A stretch of DNA of 63,347 bases, the filler included, from Octopus bimaculoides (Eukaryota), in the NCBI RefSeq assembly GCF_001194135.2. It is 4 parts of 4 records of this genome, joined end to end, with 100 filler letters (N's around TTAATTAATTAA, not from the genome) between each part and the next. Parts side by side here need not be neighbours in the genome. Positions count along the whole stretch, not along the records: positions 1 to 27,518 come from NC_068991.1; positions 27,619 to 57,337 come from NC_068993.1; 2 more parts are not named here. One strand, 5' to 3'. Positions 24,076 through 35,226 of the stretch are shown one piece after another. Position 1 is the stretch's first letter; the number at the start of each line of letters is the position of its first letter. A model generated the notes under the pieces. It saw nothing but the letters and a program-made list of their open reading frames with translations, did no database searches and was not told where the DNA came from. Position numbers and translations under genes: made by a program.

Positions 24076-24283
24076 TTTCAAATTTTGACACAAGGCCAAC
24101 AATTTCAGAGAGGGGATAAATTGATTAAATCAACCCCAGTGTTGAACTGGTATTTATTTTATTGACTCTTAAAGGACAAAAGGCAAAGTTGACCTCAGTG
24201 TAATTTGAACTCAGAATATAAAGCTGAACAAAATGCTGCTAAGCATTGCTTGGCATGTTAATGTTTCTGCCAGCTCGCCACCT
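24075..24283 (-). mobile_element. SINE family A, flanked by (AAT)n on both sides
   Basis: GGCAAAGTTGACCTCAGTGTAATTTGAACTCAGAA...TTTCTGCCAGCTCGCCACC. Confidence 0.8.
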
Positions 24284-24286
24284 TAT

Positions 24287-24381
<95 letters not shown>

Positions 24382-24429
24382 TGATGATGATAAATTGCAA
24401 GAATGTGGAAAAAGTACTGACTATTAAAA

Positions 24430-24775
24430 GATGAAATTGCATGAATATAGACTATTAGGAGAGTGTCTGTCATTCCAGTAGTTTTAGGGGCACTCGGAGC
24501 ACTAACAACCAAGTTTGAGAAATGTCAGAGACATTGGAATTGACATGAGAGCAGAGCAAGCCCAAAAAACTGCACTGGACAGCTAGGATTTTGAGATTGG
24601 TATTTGGATGTTGGATGTCTCCCACAATAATTAACATCCAAGTACCAAAGCTTCTAATGTGTGGTAAGAGATCCCGTGAGACCTTTGATAGCAGGCTGCT
24701 GTCTGCTCTAACAGAATCTACCAGAGCAAACAAGATTGAGTGCTCTGAGAAGTAAAACAATAATAATAATAATCT
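24430..24775 (+). mobile_element. 3' end of an R4/Dong-type non-LTR element (restriction-like endonuclease clade)
   Basis: RRVSVIPVVLGALGALTTKFEK...IGIDMRAEQAQKTAL..TARILRLVFGC (with frameshifts), then a short 3'UTR and an (AAT)n tail. Confidence 0.7.
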
Positions 24776-24984
24776 AATGAGACAGTGTTCAATATGGCTG
24801 TATTTCATAAGACAATGTTTAGTAGCACAGTTTTTAGTAGCACGGTGTTTAGTAATGCAATGTTTTATGAGATGGCCCTAATATGGCTGTGGAAAATAAA
24901 GTTACGATGAACATGGTGACAATGATCGTAATGTCAGTGATGATACAGTTGTTAAATTTCTCTTGTCGTGGTACAGTGATTTAA

Positions 24985-25760
24985 GAGAAAGCTCAGCTGT
25001 GAACTAAGTTTTTGAACCTATTTCTCCCAGAATTTCATCTAACAACCTGTTTAGCCAACAGCTATCTCTGCTGAACTTCCAGTACGAATAATGTAATAAT
25101 TACTTTTTTGAAGTCTGTTATTTGACATGCTTCCTGAAGCAAGTTATGAGGATTATCTGGAATTTATTATAAAATACCAATCCTGTTATTCATTTAAAAC
25201 TACAAAACAAACTAAAAAATGTTTGAAGAAAAGGAAAAAAATCTAATTTCATTATTCTTATTAATCAGATAATGTAGTCGAAGTTTTCTTGTTTTGTTTT
25301 ATAATTTGTGTTGTTTCTTAGTTGTTTTGTTGTGGATGTGATGTGATTAATAAGCATGGAAACTGAACTTGAAATACAATTTTCTCTCTTATTAACTTGA
25401 ATGCCTCAGTAGAAATCAAATTGTTAGCATGTCTTGAATAGTCCTTTGATTTTGTTAATCTGGTGGCAAAACAAAAGTATATCAAAGCTGTTTACTAAAT
25501 TTGTTGCATTAGATAAATATACAAATATATAATAATAATAATAATAATAATAATGATGATGATGATGATAATATACTGTGTGATTAAAGAACAGTGAAGC
25601 AGGCAACTACAGCAACAGCAGAAGTAATTGCATGAAATAACGACTTTCGAAAGCCAAATAAGGTGATTTCTGAATGAGAAAACTAATTAATGAAGAGTGG
25701 GGGTTGTGTTGTCAGTTTAATTGATGTACAGTATATTACTGGTACATACTTTGTTGAAAT
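24985..25760 (+). repeat. Local direct duplication, copy 2
   Basis: See 22238-23010. Confidence 0.9.
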
Positions 25761-25799
25761 CTTATTGGATTAAAAACTGGAACAGATAACCTCAGCTTC

Positions 25800-26165
25800 A
25801 ACAACAACAACAACAGCATCATCACTATTATTAACAACTAAGCACATTGTACCACGGCTATTACAACACTGACAACAACAGCAACAATAAACGTAGCTGT
25901 TACAGCAACAATACCATCACCACAACTACTACCAACACTATCATCACCACCACCACCACCACCACCACTGAATGGTATTATGGCTACCAACACCACCAAA
26001 GACCACCACCATTGCCATCACTACAACCACTACCGCACTATCACCCTCACCACTATCACCTCCACCACCACCACCTCCACCACCACTTCCACCACCACTT
26101 CCACTACCACCTCCACCACCAGGACCACCACCACCAAGACCATCACAGCTTGTAGCAACAGCAAC
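25800..26165. repeat. (CAA)n/(CAC)n low-complexity tract
   Basis: Degenerate trinucleotide array. It gives the poly-T, poly-P and poly-H ORFs. Confidence 0.8.
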
Positions 26166-26369
26166 AATAGTTCATCAGGATCAATTAATTATTATTTCTA
26201 CAATCAACTCTCAGCATGGATCCCTTCATTGTTTTCCATCACAGTTTCCAATTAAAGAGGTTTTGCTGCCATTGTTTGTTTTTCACATCTTAGTGCATTG
26301 GTTATGTGTTTAATTAGTGCTGGTGGTGAATACACCACTACAGTGGGTGGCAGAGGAGGCTGTGGAATA

Positions 26370-26416
<47 letters not shown>

Positions 26417-26549
26417 TGAGAGAGAGAAAAGTAGATGGCTCTTACATCCACTCACATAGAGAATAACAACATACACACATACACATACACAAACACCTAC
26501 ACACAAACTCATCTGAGTGGAGACATTTATTAGTGCTGCTCTTGATGTA

Positions 26550-26593
<44 letters not shown>

Positions 26594-26677
26594 TATACAC
26601 ACATACTCACTCACATGCACACTCACACATTAATTTTTAGTGGAGTGTATACAACACGTTCCCTATATCACGCTTCC

Positions 26678-26830
26678 ACATACACATACCTTTTTCAAAC
26701 ACATACACATACACATTAAGACAGGCATTTATTATTGTTTTGGACAGACATACGCATACCTTTTTCAGACACATACACATACACATTAAGACAGAGGTAT
26801 TTATTATTGCTTTGGACAGACATACACATA
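26678..26830. repeat. ~70-bp tandem repeat, 2 units plus a partial
   Basis: ACATAC.CATACCTTTTTCA.ACACATACACATACACATTAAGACAG...ATTTATTATTG.TTTGGACAG starts at 26678 and at 26748. Confidence 0.8.
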
Positions 26831-27264
26831 GAGCGATTACTCGACTCACATTCAACTTAATATGTATGTATGTATGAACACACACACACACTAGCAGACA
26901 AACATACATGCATACATACATACACACTGTAGCAGATACATTGTAGCAGAATTTCATGCACACATTCTCTCATACACGAGCAACACTATGTACAAGCTGA
27001 TACACCTTAACAAACATATACATTCTTTTGCAAGTAGATGGCTCTGTGGTTAATAAGTTTGTTTCACAACCATGTGCTGTGGGTTCATTCCTATCTGAAA
27101 GCACCTTGGACAAATGTCTTTCGCTGTAGATGATAGTCCTTAGTTGACATACTTTGTGAGCAGGATTTCTTAGATGGGGACTGCAAAGAAGCTGTTGTGT
27201 GTGTGTGTGAATATATGTATCTCTCTCTCACTCTCTGTACTGTATGTATATATATAATACATAT

Positions 27265-27491
27265 GGAGGTGCAATGGCCCAGTGGTTAGGACAGCGGACT
27301 TGCAGTCATAGGATCGTGGTTTTGATTCCCAGACTGGGCGTTGTGCGTGTTTATTGAGCAAAAACACCTAAAGTTCCATGAGCTTTAAGTGTTTTTGCTG
27401 AGTGAACACTCACAATGCCTGGTCTGAGAATTGAAACCACGATCCTATGACAGTGAGTCCACTGCCTTAACCACTGGGTCATTGTGACTCC
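27265..27491. mobile_element. Tail-to-tail inverted dimer of two tRNA-derived SINE heads (109-bp arms, 9-nt loop)
   Basis: 27265-27373 and the reverse complement of 27383-27491 align without gaps, 88/109 identical by my count. Each arm has tRNA A-box-like (TG(G/A)CCCAGTGG) and B-box-like (GGTTT(T/C)(G/A)ATTC) motifs. Confidence 0.88.
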
Positions 27492-27518
27492 ATAATATAT
27501 ATATATATATATATATAT

Positions 27519-27618
27519 NNNNNNNNNNNNNNNNNNNNNNNNNNNNNNNNNNNNNNNNNNNNTTAATTAATTAANNNNNNNNNNNNNNNNNNNNNNNNNN
27601 NNNNNNNNNNNNNNNNNN
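27519..27618. other. Artificial 100-bp scaffold-join spacer
   Basis: Exactly 44 N + TTAATTAATTAA (27563-27574) + 44 N. The 12-mer has stop codons in all six frames. Identical constructs at 57338-57437 and 61247-61346. Confidence 0.93.
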
Positions 27619-27656
<38 letters not shown>

Positions 27657-27739
27657 TGTCTGTCTGTCCCCTCCCCATAATCGCTTGACAACCGATGGTG
27701 GTGTGTTTACGTTCCTGTAACTTAGCGGTTCGACAAAAG

Positions 27740-28010
27740 AGTACTCGGTTCACGATCGTAAGGTCGTGAGTTCGATACCCGGCCACGCGTTGTGTCCTTG
27801 AGCAAGATTCTTTATTACACGTCGTTCGGGCCTATTCAGCTGGCAAAAATGAGATGTACCTGTATTTCAAAGGGCCAGTCTTATCGACTTCTGTGTAACA
27901 CCACCGAATCTCCCTGAGAGCTATGTTAAGGGTATGGCACATCACGTTAACAAGCTGTTCCACTGATCGGCTCAACTGGAACACCCATTATCATAACCGA
28001 ATGGGAGCCA
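27740..28010 (+). mobile_element. tRNA-derived SINE, family C, fused to the 3' part of a family B SINE (27640-27740)
   Basis: TCGGTTCACGATCGTAAGGTCGTGAGTTCGATACC (B box), then GTGTCCTTGAGCAAGA. Related decayed head at ~49600-49720. Confidence 0.7.
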
Positions 28011-29505
28011 GTTTCTACATCCAATTCTGTTTCCTTGAAACAATGTAAGTCCTCTACAAATTCCTTCTTGCCCACGATTATGCCTGCAGTCGTTCGCCTG
28101 CTAGCTAAATGTCAAATGCATCATCTCCGATTGGATAGCAAGGAGGACGCTAAATTTCGTGAGTGTTGTCCCTTCTTTTTGATTGAGAGAAAAAGAAATT
28201 AATAAATAAATATTGCACACAAGAATTAAGTGTATTGAAGTCATTAAAAAGCAACAACAACAACAGTAATCACTATTAAACCTGATTAATAAAGGTTTAT
28301 TTATATTATTACAACAATACAATTAATTACATGGACAAAATGAAATCACTTTTTTTCTTCTTTATGTTTTTTGTGCAAACTCTCCTATTCATAGTCACCC
28401 ATACATGTATGCACCTACATATATGCATACATACATACATGTAGAAGCTGATGTATGCGAACAAATGAACAAAATACATACGTACATATATGGGCAAGGT
28501 ATACATACATACATACATCATATGCACGTACAGGTAAGTTGAAACATACATAAATAGTGTATGCATACACATGTGTAAAATCTCCATTGTAGATACATAT
28601 ATAAGCACAGGTTTGTAGAAATATACATACATACATGTATTTAGACATATGTGTGCCTTCATGCTTCTATGCACATGTCCATATATACATAGAAGTGTAT
28701 TCAAGTATAAATACACACAAGTGTTCCCACATATACAAACATTCAATCATACATACATACAAGCAAACATAAAAACATATACATACATACAAACATACAT
28801 ACATACATACATACATACACACACACATACATACATACATACATACATACATACATACATACAAGCAAACATAAAACATACATACATACATACATACATA
28901 CCTACATTCATGCATACATAGAAGCATGCATACATACATACACTCATGCATAGAAGTGCTTTTTGTTAGAAATAGATACACTCCTGTAATCTACAGTGAG
29001 CTATATTACAAGAGGTATCATTGATTAGTTCGGTATTTTTTAAAGCCAGTTTTNNNNNNNNNNNNNNNNNNNNNNNNNNNNNNNNNNNNNNNNNNNNNNN
29101 NNNNNNNNNNNNNNNNNNNNNNNNNNNNNNNNNNNNNNNNNNNNNNNNNNNNNNNNNNNNNNNNNNNNNNNNNNNNNNNNNNNNNNNNNNNNNNNNNNNN
29201 NNNNNNNNNNNNNNNNNNNNNNNNNNNNNNNNNNNNNNNNNNNNNNNNNNNNNNNNNNNNNNNNNNNNNNNNNNNNNNNNNNNNNNNNNNNNNNNNNNNN
29301 NNNNNNNNNNNNNNNNNNNNNNNNNNNNNNNNNNNNNNNNNNNNNNNNNNNNNNNNNNNNNNNNNNNNNNNNNNNNNNNNNNNNNNNNNNNNNNNNNNNN
29401 NNNNNNNNNNNNNNNNNNNNNNNNNNNNNNNNNNNNNNNNNNNNNNNNNNNNNNNNNNNNNNNNNNNNNNNNNGTGCCTATAATAGAAAGGATTATTATA
29501 ATTAA

Positions 29506-29700
29506 GGCGGCGAGCTGGCCGAATCGTTAGCACGCCGGGCGAAATGCTTCGCGGTATTTCCTTCGTTTTCACGTTCTGAGTTCAAATTCCGTCAAGGCTG
29601 ACATTACCCATCATCCTTTCGGGGTCGGGTCAATAAAATAAGTAGCAGTTGAATACTTGGGTCGATTTTATTGGCTATCCTCCTCTCCTGAAATTGCAGT
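29506..29700 (+). mobile_element. SINE family A, CpG-intact
   Basis: GGCGGCGAGCTGGCCGAATCGTTAGCACGCCGGGCGAAATGC...GTTCTGAGTTCAAATTCCG. It directly follows the 3' end of another copy (29474-29500). Confidence 0.85.
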
Positions 29701-30739
29701 CCTGCAATTTATCCGGCGTGCTATTCTACCGGTTCAACGTTAGAAAAAAAAAATAGTTAGAAAGATATTGGTTTTAAATTTTGGAACAAGACCAACAATT
29801 TCGGGAGTGCGAGTAAGTCGACTCCATTGACCAATGGATCTGAATTGCTAATCGGATTTATTATATTTATTGTGTGATATTTATTTTATACCAGAAATGG
29901 CTTTAATCACTCCATAAACTGTCAATTAAAGGATGTTTCAGCCTTTCACTTATCACGTCGAGGATTCGATTATTTAAATTGTTTGATAGCTTGCGAAGCA
30001 AACTTTCATTTCCCCGATTCCATTCCTCGTCTTCTTGCGGACCAAAACTGTGTCATGGGACAGAAGTACTTACATCGCGGCGTTGTTTGAGCAATGGCAG
30101 CCACTGTCTTAAAATGAAATAAAATAGCTATCATTCAATAACGCCATCTTAGCTATACAAGCATATGCGATGGTCATGGCGGAAAAGCTTTTATTTAGTG
30201 GTCTGCTCAAACAGGATTGCCAAGAGCTAAACTACAGCAACCACGACCTCCACCACCATCACAACACTGAGATGATGTAAGTAACAGGATAAACGGGTGA
30301 ATGGCTACGCGAAGGGATGGACAATCTATATGGGCGGAGGGGTAAGACGATAGATGAATGGATGGATAATTGGGTGGATGAAAATAAAAGTAGATAAGTG
30401 GGTATTTGGATGTGTAGGTATATAGGTTGTTGGAGACTGGATAGGTGAACGCTTAGACGAGTCGGTGAATGGACGGATGGAGAGAGATAGATAAACAGAT
30501 GTGTAGATGAGTATATGTGTTCGTTATATAGACTAATAGAGCGACTGTTAGACGAGTAGATAGATTAGATTGATAGAGGGAAAGATGAGCGGATAAAGAA
30601 ACAGATGGATACAAGATTAGGAGAATGAATAGATGGATCGTTGGATGGTTGTGCTGATGGTAAGTGAATGATGAAAAGGCGAAATAAACAGGAAAAGCTA
30701 TGTACGTATGTACACACACACGCACACACATACACACAC

Positions 30740-30772
<33 letters not shown>

Positions 30773-31429
30773 CACTCAAATATATATATATANNNNNNNN
30801 NNNNNNNNNNNNNNNNNNNNNNNNNNNNNNNNNNNNNNNNNNNNNNNNNNNNNNNNNNNNNNNNNNNNNNNNNNNNNNNNNNNNNNNNNNNNNNNNNNNN
30901 NNNNNNNNNNNNNNNNNNNNNNNNNNNNNNNNNNNNNNNNNNNNNNNNNNNNNNNNNNNNNNNNNNNNNNNNNNNNNNNNNNNNNNNNNNNNNNNNNNNN
31001 NNNNNNNNNNNNNNNNNNNNNNNNNNNNNNNNNNNNNNNNNNNNNNNNNNNNNNNNNNNNNNNNNNNNNNNNNNNNNNNNNNNNNNNNNNNNNNNNNNNN
31101 NNNNNNNNNNNNNNNNNNNNNNNNNNNNNNNNNNNNNNNNNNNNNNNNNNNNNNNNNNNNNNNNNNNNNNNNNNNNNNNNNNNNNNNNNNNNNNNNNNNN
31201 NNNNNNNNNNNNNNNNNNNNNNNNNNNNNNNNNNNNNNNNNNNNNNNNNNNNNNNNNNNNNNNNNNNNNNNNNNNNNNNNNNNNNNATCATCATCATCAT
31301 CATAATTTCCAGTCCGAAGACACTCATTTGAGGATTATAGGGGTCAATACTACTTTGTGGTCCATGAATGCTGACTTCCTCTCCGGGAGATCATTAAAGG
31401 TTGATCCTTTATAATATAATATTGATTTC

Positions 31430-31705
31430 AAATTTTGTTAAAAGGCCAGCAACCACGAGGGGGGGGGGGAATTCGATTACATCGCTCCCAGCATTCAACT
31501 GGACTTGTTTTATCGACCTTGAACGGATAAAGGGCAAAGTCAACCTCGGCAGAATTTGAACTCAGAACGTAAAGACGGATGAAATGCCACTATGCATTTT
31601 TCCAGACGTGCTAACGATTCTTTTCTACTGTAGGCAGAAGGCCCAAAATTTTGGGGTGGGGGCCAGTCGACTAGATCGACCACAGTACGCAACTGGTACT
31701 TAATC
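31430..31705 (-). mobile_element. SINE family A, plus the 3' part of a second copy
   Basis: GGCAAAGTCAACCTCGGCAGAATTTGAACTCAGAACG...GCTAACGATT, then TTTCTACTGTAGGCAGAAGGCCC. Confidence 0.75.
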
Positions 31706-32220
31706 TATCGTAGCTGAACGGGGAGTGATGTATTATTGCTATGGACGTTATTCCTAAGGAAAAACATTTTGTTGGTGATATGACAATGCTTTCTAGGAAG
31801 ACAAAAATACTCGTTATCTGCAATGATGAACAAAATATCTAATCAAAAGAAATGATTCTTGTTTATTTCAGTTGTCATTCGTCCTTTATCTATTTCGTTT
31901 TTGCTTTTATTTATGAAGATGAGAAGCTATTGAAATAAAACGAGTGATGATGCAAAGATAAACACCAGTAGCATAGTGCTTTTCTTTAGAATTGGATCGA
32001 AGTACAGGGTGGTGCAAATGAAATGCTGTGACATTTATTATTCTCACCATGTGTGCCAGGATGTTAATGAAAAATCAATGTAATTAAGAATCGTTAACAC
32101 AAATGAGCGTATCTTACCGCCCATCATAAATCACCAACAGTGACACCTACATTCGCGTGTATACACTCACACATAACCACACACACAAACATACATGATA
32201 TATACATACACACACAATTA

Positions 32221-32286
<66 letters not shown>

Positions 32287-32825
32287 GAAATACTCAGTAT
32301 ATGATTTAACTTATTAAACACAGTTCAACAAATTCATTCCTATTTATGTAAATGGAGGAGATTAGATGTTAAAATGGATTATAGTTTTATTACTCATATT
32401 GCTATACAATTTGTTTCATACAAAAGGACAGAGATATTCATAATAGAAAATCAGAATTGTCAAATTTGTACTCGTCTGTAGCTCGGGTAAAAACTGAAAA
32501 AGACGTTAGATGTACATAGATTTTCTGTTAGTAATCATGTTGTAATGTGTTTGTTCTTCGAGTCATGTCTATTTTAAACCAAGCTACGTGCTATCAGAAT
32601 ATGATCCAATGGCGCATAACCATCACATTGAAAGCAGTTACTTATGTTCATCGTGCCTTAACGTTCACTAATCTCAGGACGAATCGCAATCTGACTGGTT
32701 CCATTCTCCACAATGTCCTACTATAGTTTTTGAGAATTAACCAAATGTTTTCCGAAGCTTTCTTGTTTTCTCAAAATGTCCGCTAGTTTTTCTTAGTAAT
32801 CTTCTTACTAAATTTTCTACTTGTA

Positions 32826-32989
32826 GACTTACGCGGGGTTATGTGATAAGACGTTTGTTTCCCAACCACATGATTCCAAGTTCGTTCCCACTGCGTGGAA
32901 CCTTGGGCAAATCTCTTCTAATATAGCCTCGGGCAGACCAAAGCTTTGTGAGTTAATTTGGTAGACGGAAACTGAAAGAAACCCGTCGT

Positions 32990-33000
<11 letters not shown>
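32826..33000 (+). mobile_element. SINE family B, 5' part ending in (TA)n
   Basis: TTCCCAACCACATGATTCCAAGTTCGTTCCCACTGCGTGGAACCTTGGGCAA...GGAAACTGAAAGAAACCCGTCG. Confidence 0.8.
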
Positions 33001-33052
<52 letters not shown>

Positions 33053-33764
33053 GACAGATAGATAGATAGATGCATACATACACACATACATACAGAACGT
33101 GCATGCATGTGTATGTACGTATGTATATAGTAATGCAGGTATATATATGTGTGCGTGTGTGTGTCCTTGCTTCTCTCTTTCAGTCACTTTTTTCCTTTGC
33201 GCGCGGGCGTTGTGTGTTTTAATAGGTATATTGTTTGATGCGTGTGTTGTGTTGCATTTCGCTTTGTTGTTCAATGGCGAGTTTAATAGAATCCCCGCAG
33301 TTGAATAGTCTGTGGCTCTCATATATCGCGTTTCGTTTGTAAGTGGGGGAAAAGCTATATGCTCTTCTATGTAGGTATTTTACCCCGTATTTTATATCTG
33401 AGTGAACATTTACTATCTCTTTGTTATTATACGAATTTAATTATATCTTTAGAATAAAAGGAACTGATATACCTCTTACTTTCTGTCCGACTGATTATGT
33501 CTCATATCTAGATATGGAATTATTTTATTGCTAAGAGTTTAATTCGAGCTATTTATAGCGGTGAATGATATATCAAATAGAATGCAACAAATATATTTGT
33601 CACCACGCATTGCTAAAATTATTCAAAGACAGATACAAAGAGGGTGTTATAACAATCAAATACATACATAGAATACATGAACACATAAAAAATCTCAACA
33701 ATAGAACTGAGCATGCATTATACCAAATAATGAATGATCAATAACAGTCCTTTCTACTATATGC

Positions 33765-33942
33765 ACAAGGCCTGATATTTAATAGGCGCAAGGAAGAGAC
33801 CTCGTCGATGATATCGGCCCCAGTGTTTGAGTGGTACTTATCAATATCAATAAGTTAACCTAGGCGAAATTTGAACATAGTAGAAATGTCGTTAAGCATT
33901 TTGTCTAACGTGCTAACGATTCTTCTAGTTCTCCACTTTGTC

Positions 33943-33996
<54 letters not shown>

Positions 33997-34561
33997 CCTT
34001 TCTACTAAAGGCACAATGCCTGAAATTTAGCACCAGTTAAACATCGGGGTCGATCTAATCGATTTACTCCTCTCTCCAATCCTGTTGGCCTTGTCCCAAA
34101 ATCTGAAACCAATATAAAAGCTACTGTGTATATAGAGATTTTCTCTATATTCATGCAGGTATTCGTTGCAATATATTATAATTTTCATTTAATTTCTTTG
34201 AACGAAGAAAATTCTAACTGGATCCCCATCTGCAATATATTGCACTATTTATATTGCTATGAGGTTACCATGTCACTCACATATGGTTGTGATGTATGTA
34301 CCTGGTGCACTCTTGTCAGACGGAAGTCATAATGGCACGCGTTGCGCTCTTACTCATTGATAATAATAAGACACAAGGCCTGAAAATTTGGTGGAAGTGG
34401 ACTAGTCAATTACATCAACCTCAGTATTTCACTGGTACTTAATTAATCGACCCCGAAAGAATGACTGGCAAAGTCGACCTCGGCAGAATTTGAATTCAGA
34501 GCGTAAAGGCGGACGAAATACCGCTAAGTATTTCGCTCGACATGCTAACGATTCAGCTAGC

Positions 34562-34563
<2 letters not shown>
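33765..34563 (-). mobile_element. Cluster of three family A SINE copies or fragments (~33765-33930, ~33996-34110, ~34370-34563) separated by (AAT)n
   Basis: Recurrent GGCACAAGGCCTGA, CCCCAGT...ACTGGTACTT and CTCGGC.GAATTTGAA.TCAGA motifs. Confidence 0.75.
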
Positions 34564-34640
<77 letters not shown>

Positions 34641-34644
<4 letters not shown>

Positions 34645-34911
34645 TAGTTTTATTTTTATAACGTGCTTTCACTTCACTACCGAGTGCAGCTCTGTGCGCC
34701 TTGGGTATGTGCTGTGGTTTGCTGTGGTGCTCTTATGTTTACTGTANNNNNNNNNNNNNNNNNNNNNNNNNNNNNNNNNNNNNNNATTATACCTAAGGCA
34801 CCTACTATGATAGGAATTGTTTCTGTTTTTAGATTCCACATTCGAGTTATCTCTATTTCCAGGTCTTTGTATTTTGAAAGTTTTTCCATTTCTTTTAGAG
34901 AAACATTGTCA

Positions 34912-34912
<1 letters not shown>
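34641..34912 (-). mobile_element. 5'-truncated R4/Dong-type non-LTR element inside a (TTA)n tract
   Basis: Encodes DNVSLKEMEKLSKYKDLEIEITRMWNLKTETIPIIVGALGI (restriction-like endonuclease C-terminus). The 3'UTR ends AAAACTACTGA-(ATA)n. Small N gap inside. Confidence 0.8.
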
Positions 34913-34986
<74 letters not shown>

Positions 34987-35051
34987 CATTATTGTTATTA
35001 TTAATAATAACATATAATAACATTATAATATAATGTTATTATTATTATGAC

Positions 35052-35112
<61 letters not shown>

Positions 35113-35132
35113 TAATAATAATAATAATAATA

Positions 35133-35226
35133 AGAGCATCACAGCAAACCACAGCACATACCCAAGGCGCACAGAGCTGCGCTCGGTAGTGAAGTGAAAG
35201 CACGTTATAAAAATAAAACTACTGAA
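35133..35226 (+). mobile_element. 3'UTR-only copy of the same R4/Dong-type element, inside an (AAT)n tract
   Basis: About 93 bp with two mismatches to the reverse complement of 34641-34733. Confidence 0.8.

Noticed and set aside
25847-26313. Mucin-like poly-Thr, poly-Pro and poly-His ORFs
   Set aside because: A (CAC/CAA)n microsatellite open in several frames, with no supported splice sites.
27265-27790. Functional tRNA genes (27265-27337, 27418-27491, 27740-27785)
   Set aside because: No intact cloverleaf or acceptor stem. They continue into SINE body sequence, so they are SINE heads.
30073-30106. 34-nt minus-strand micro-exon with good splice sites
   Set aside because: It abuts an apparent interspersed repeat (30140-30240), has three open frames and no recognisable peptide, so nothing distinguishes it from chance.
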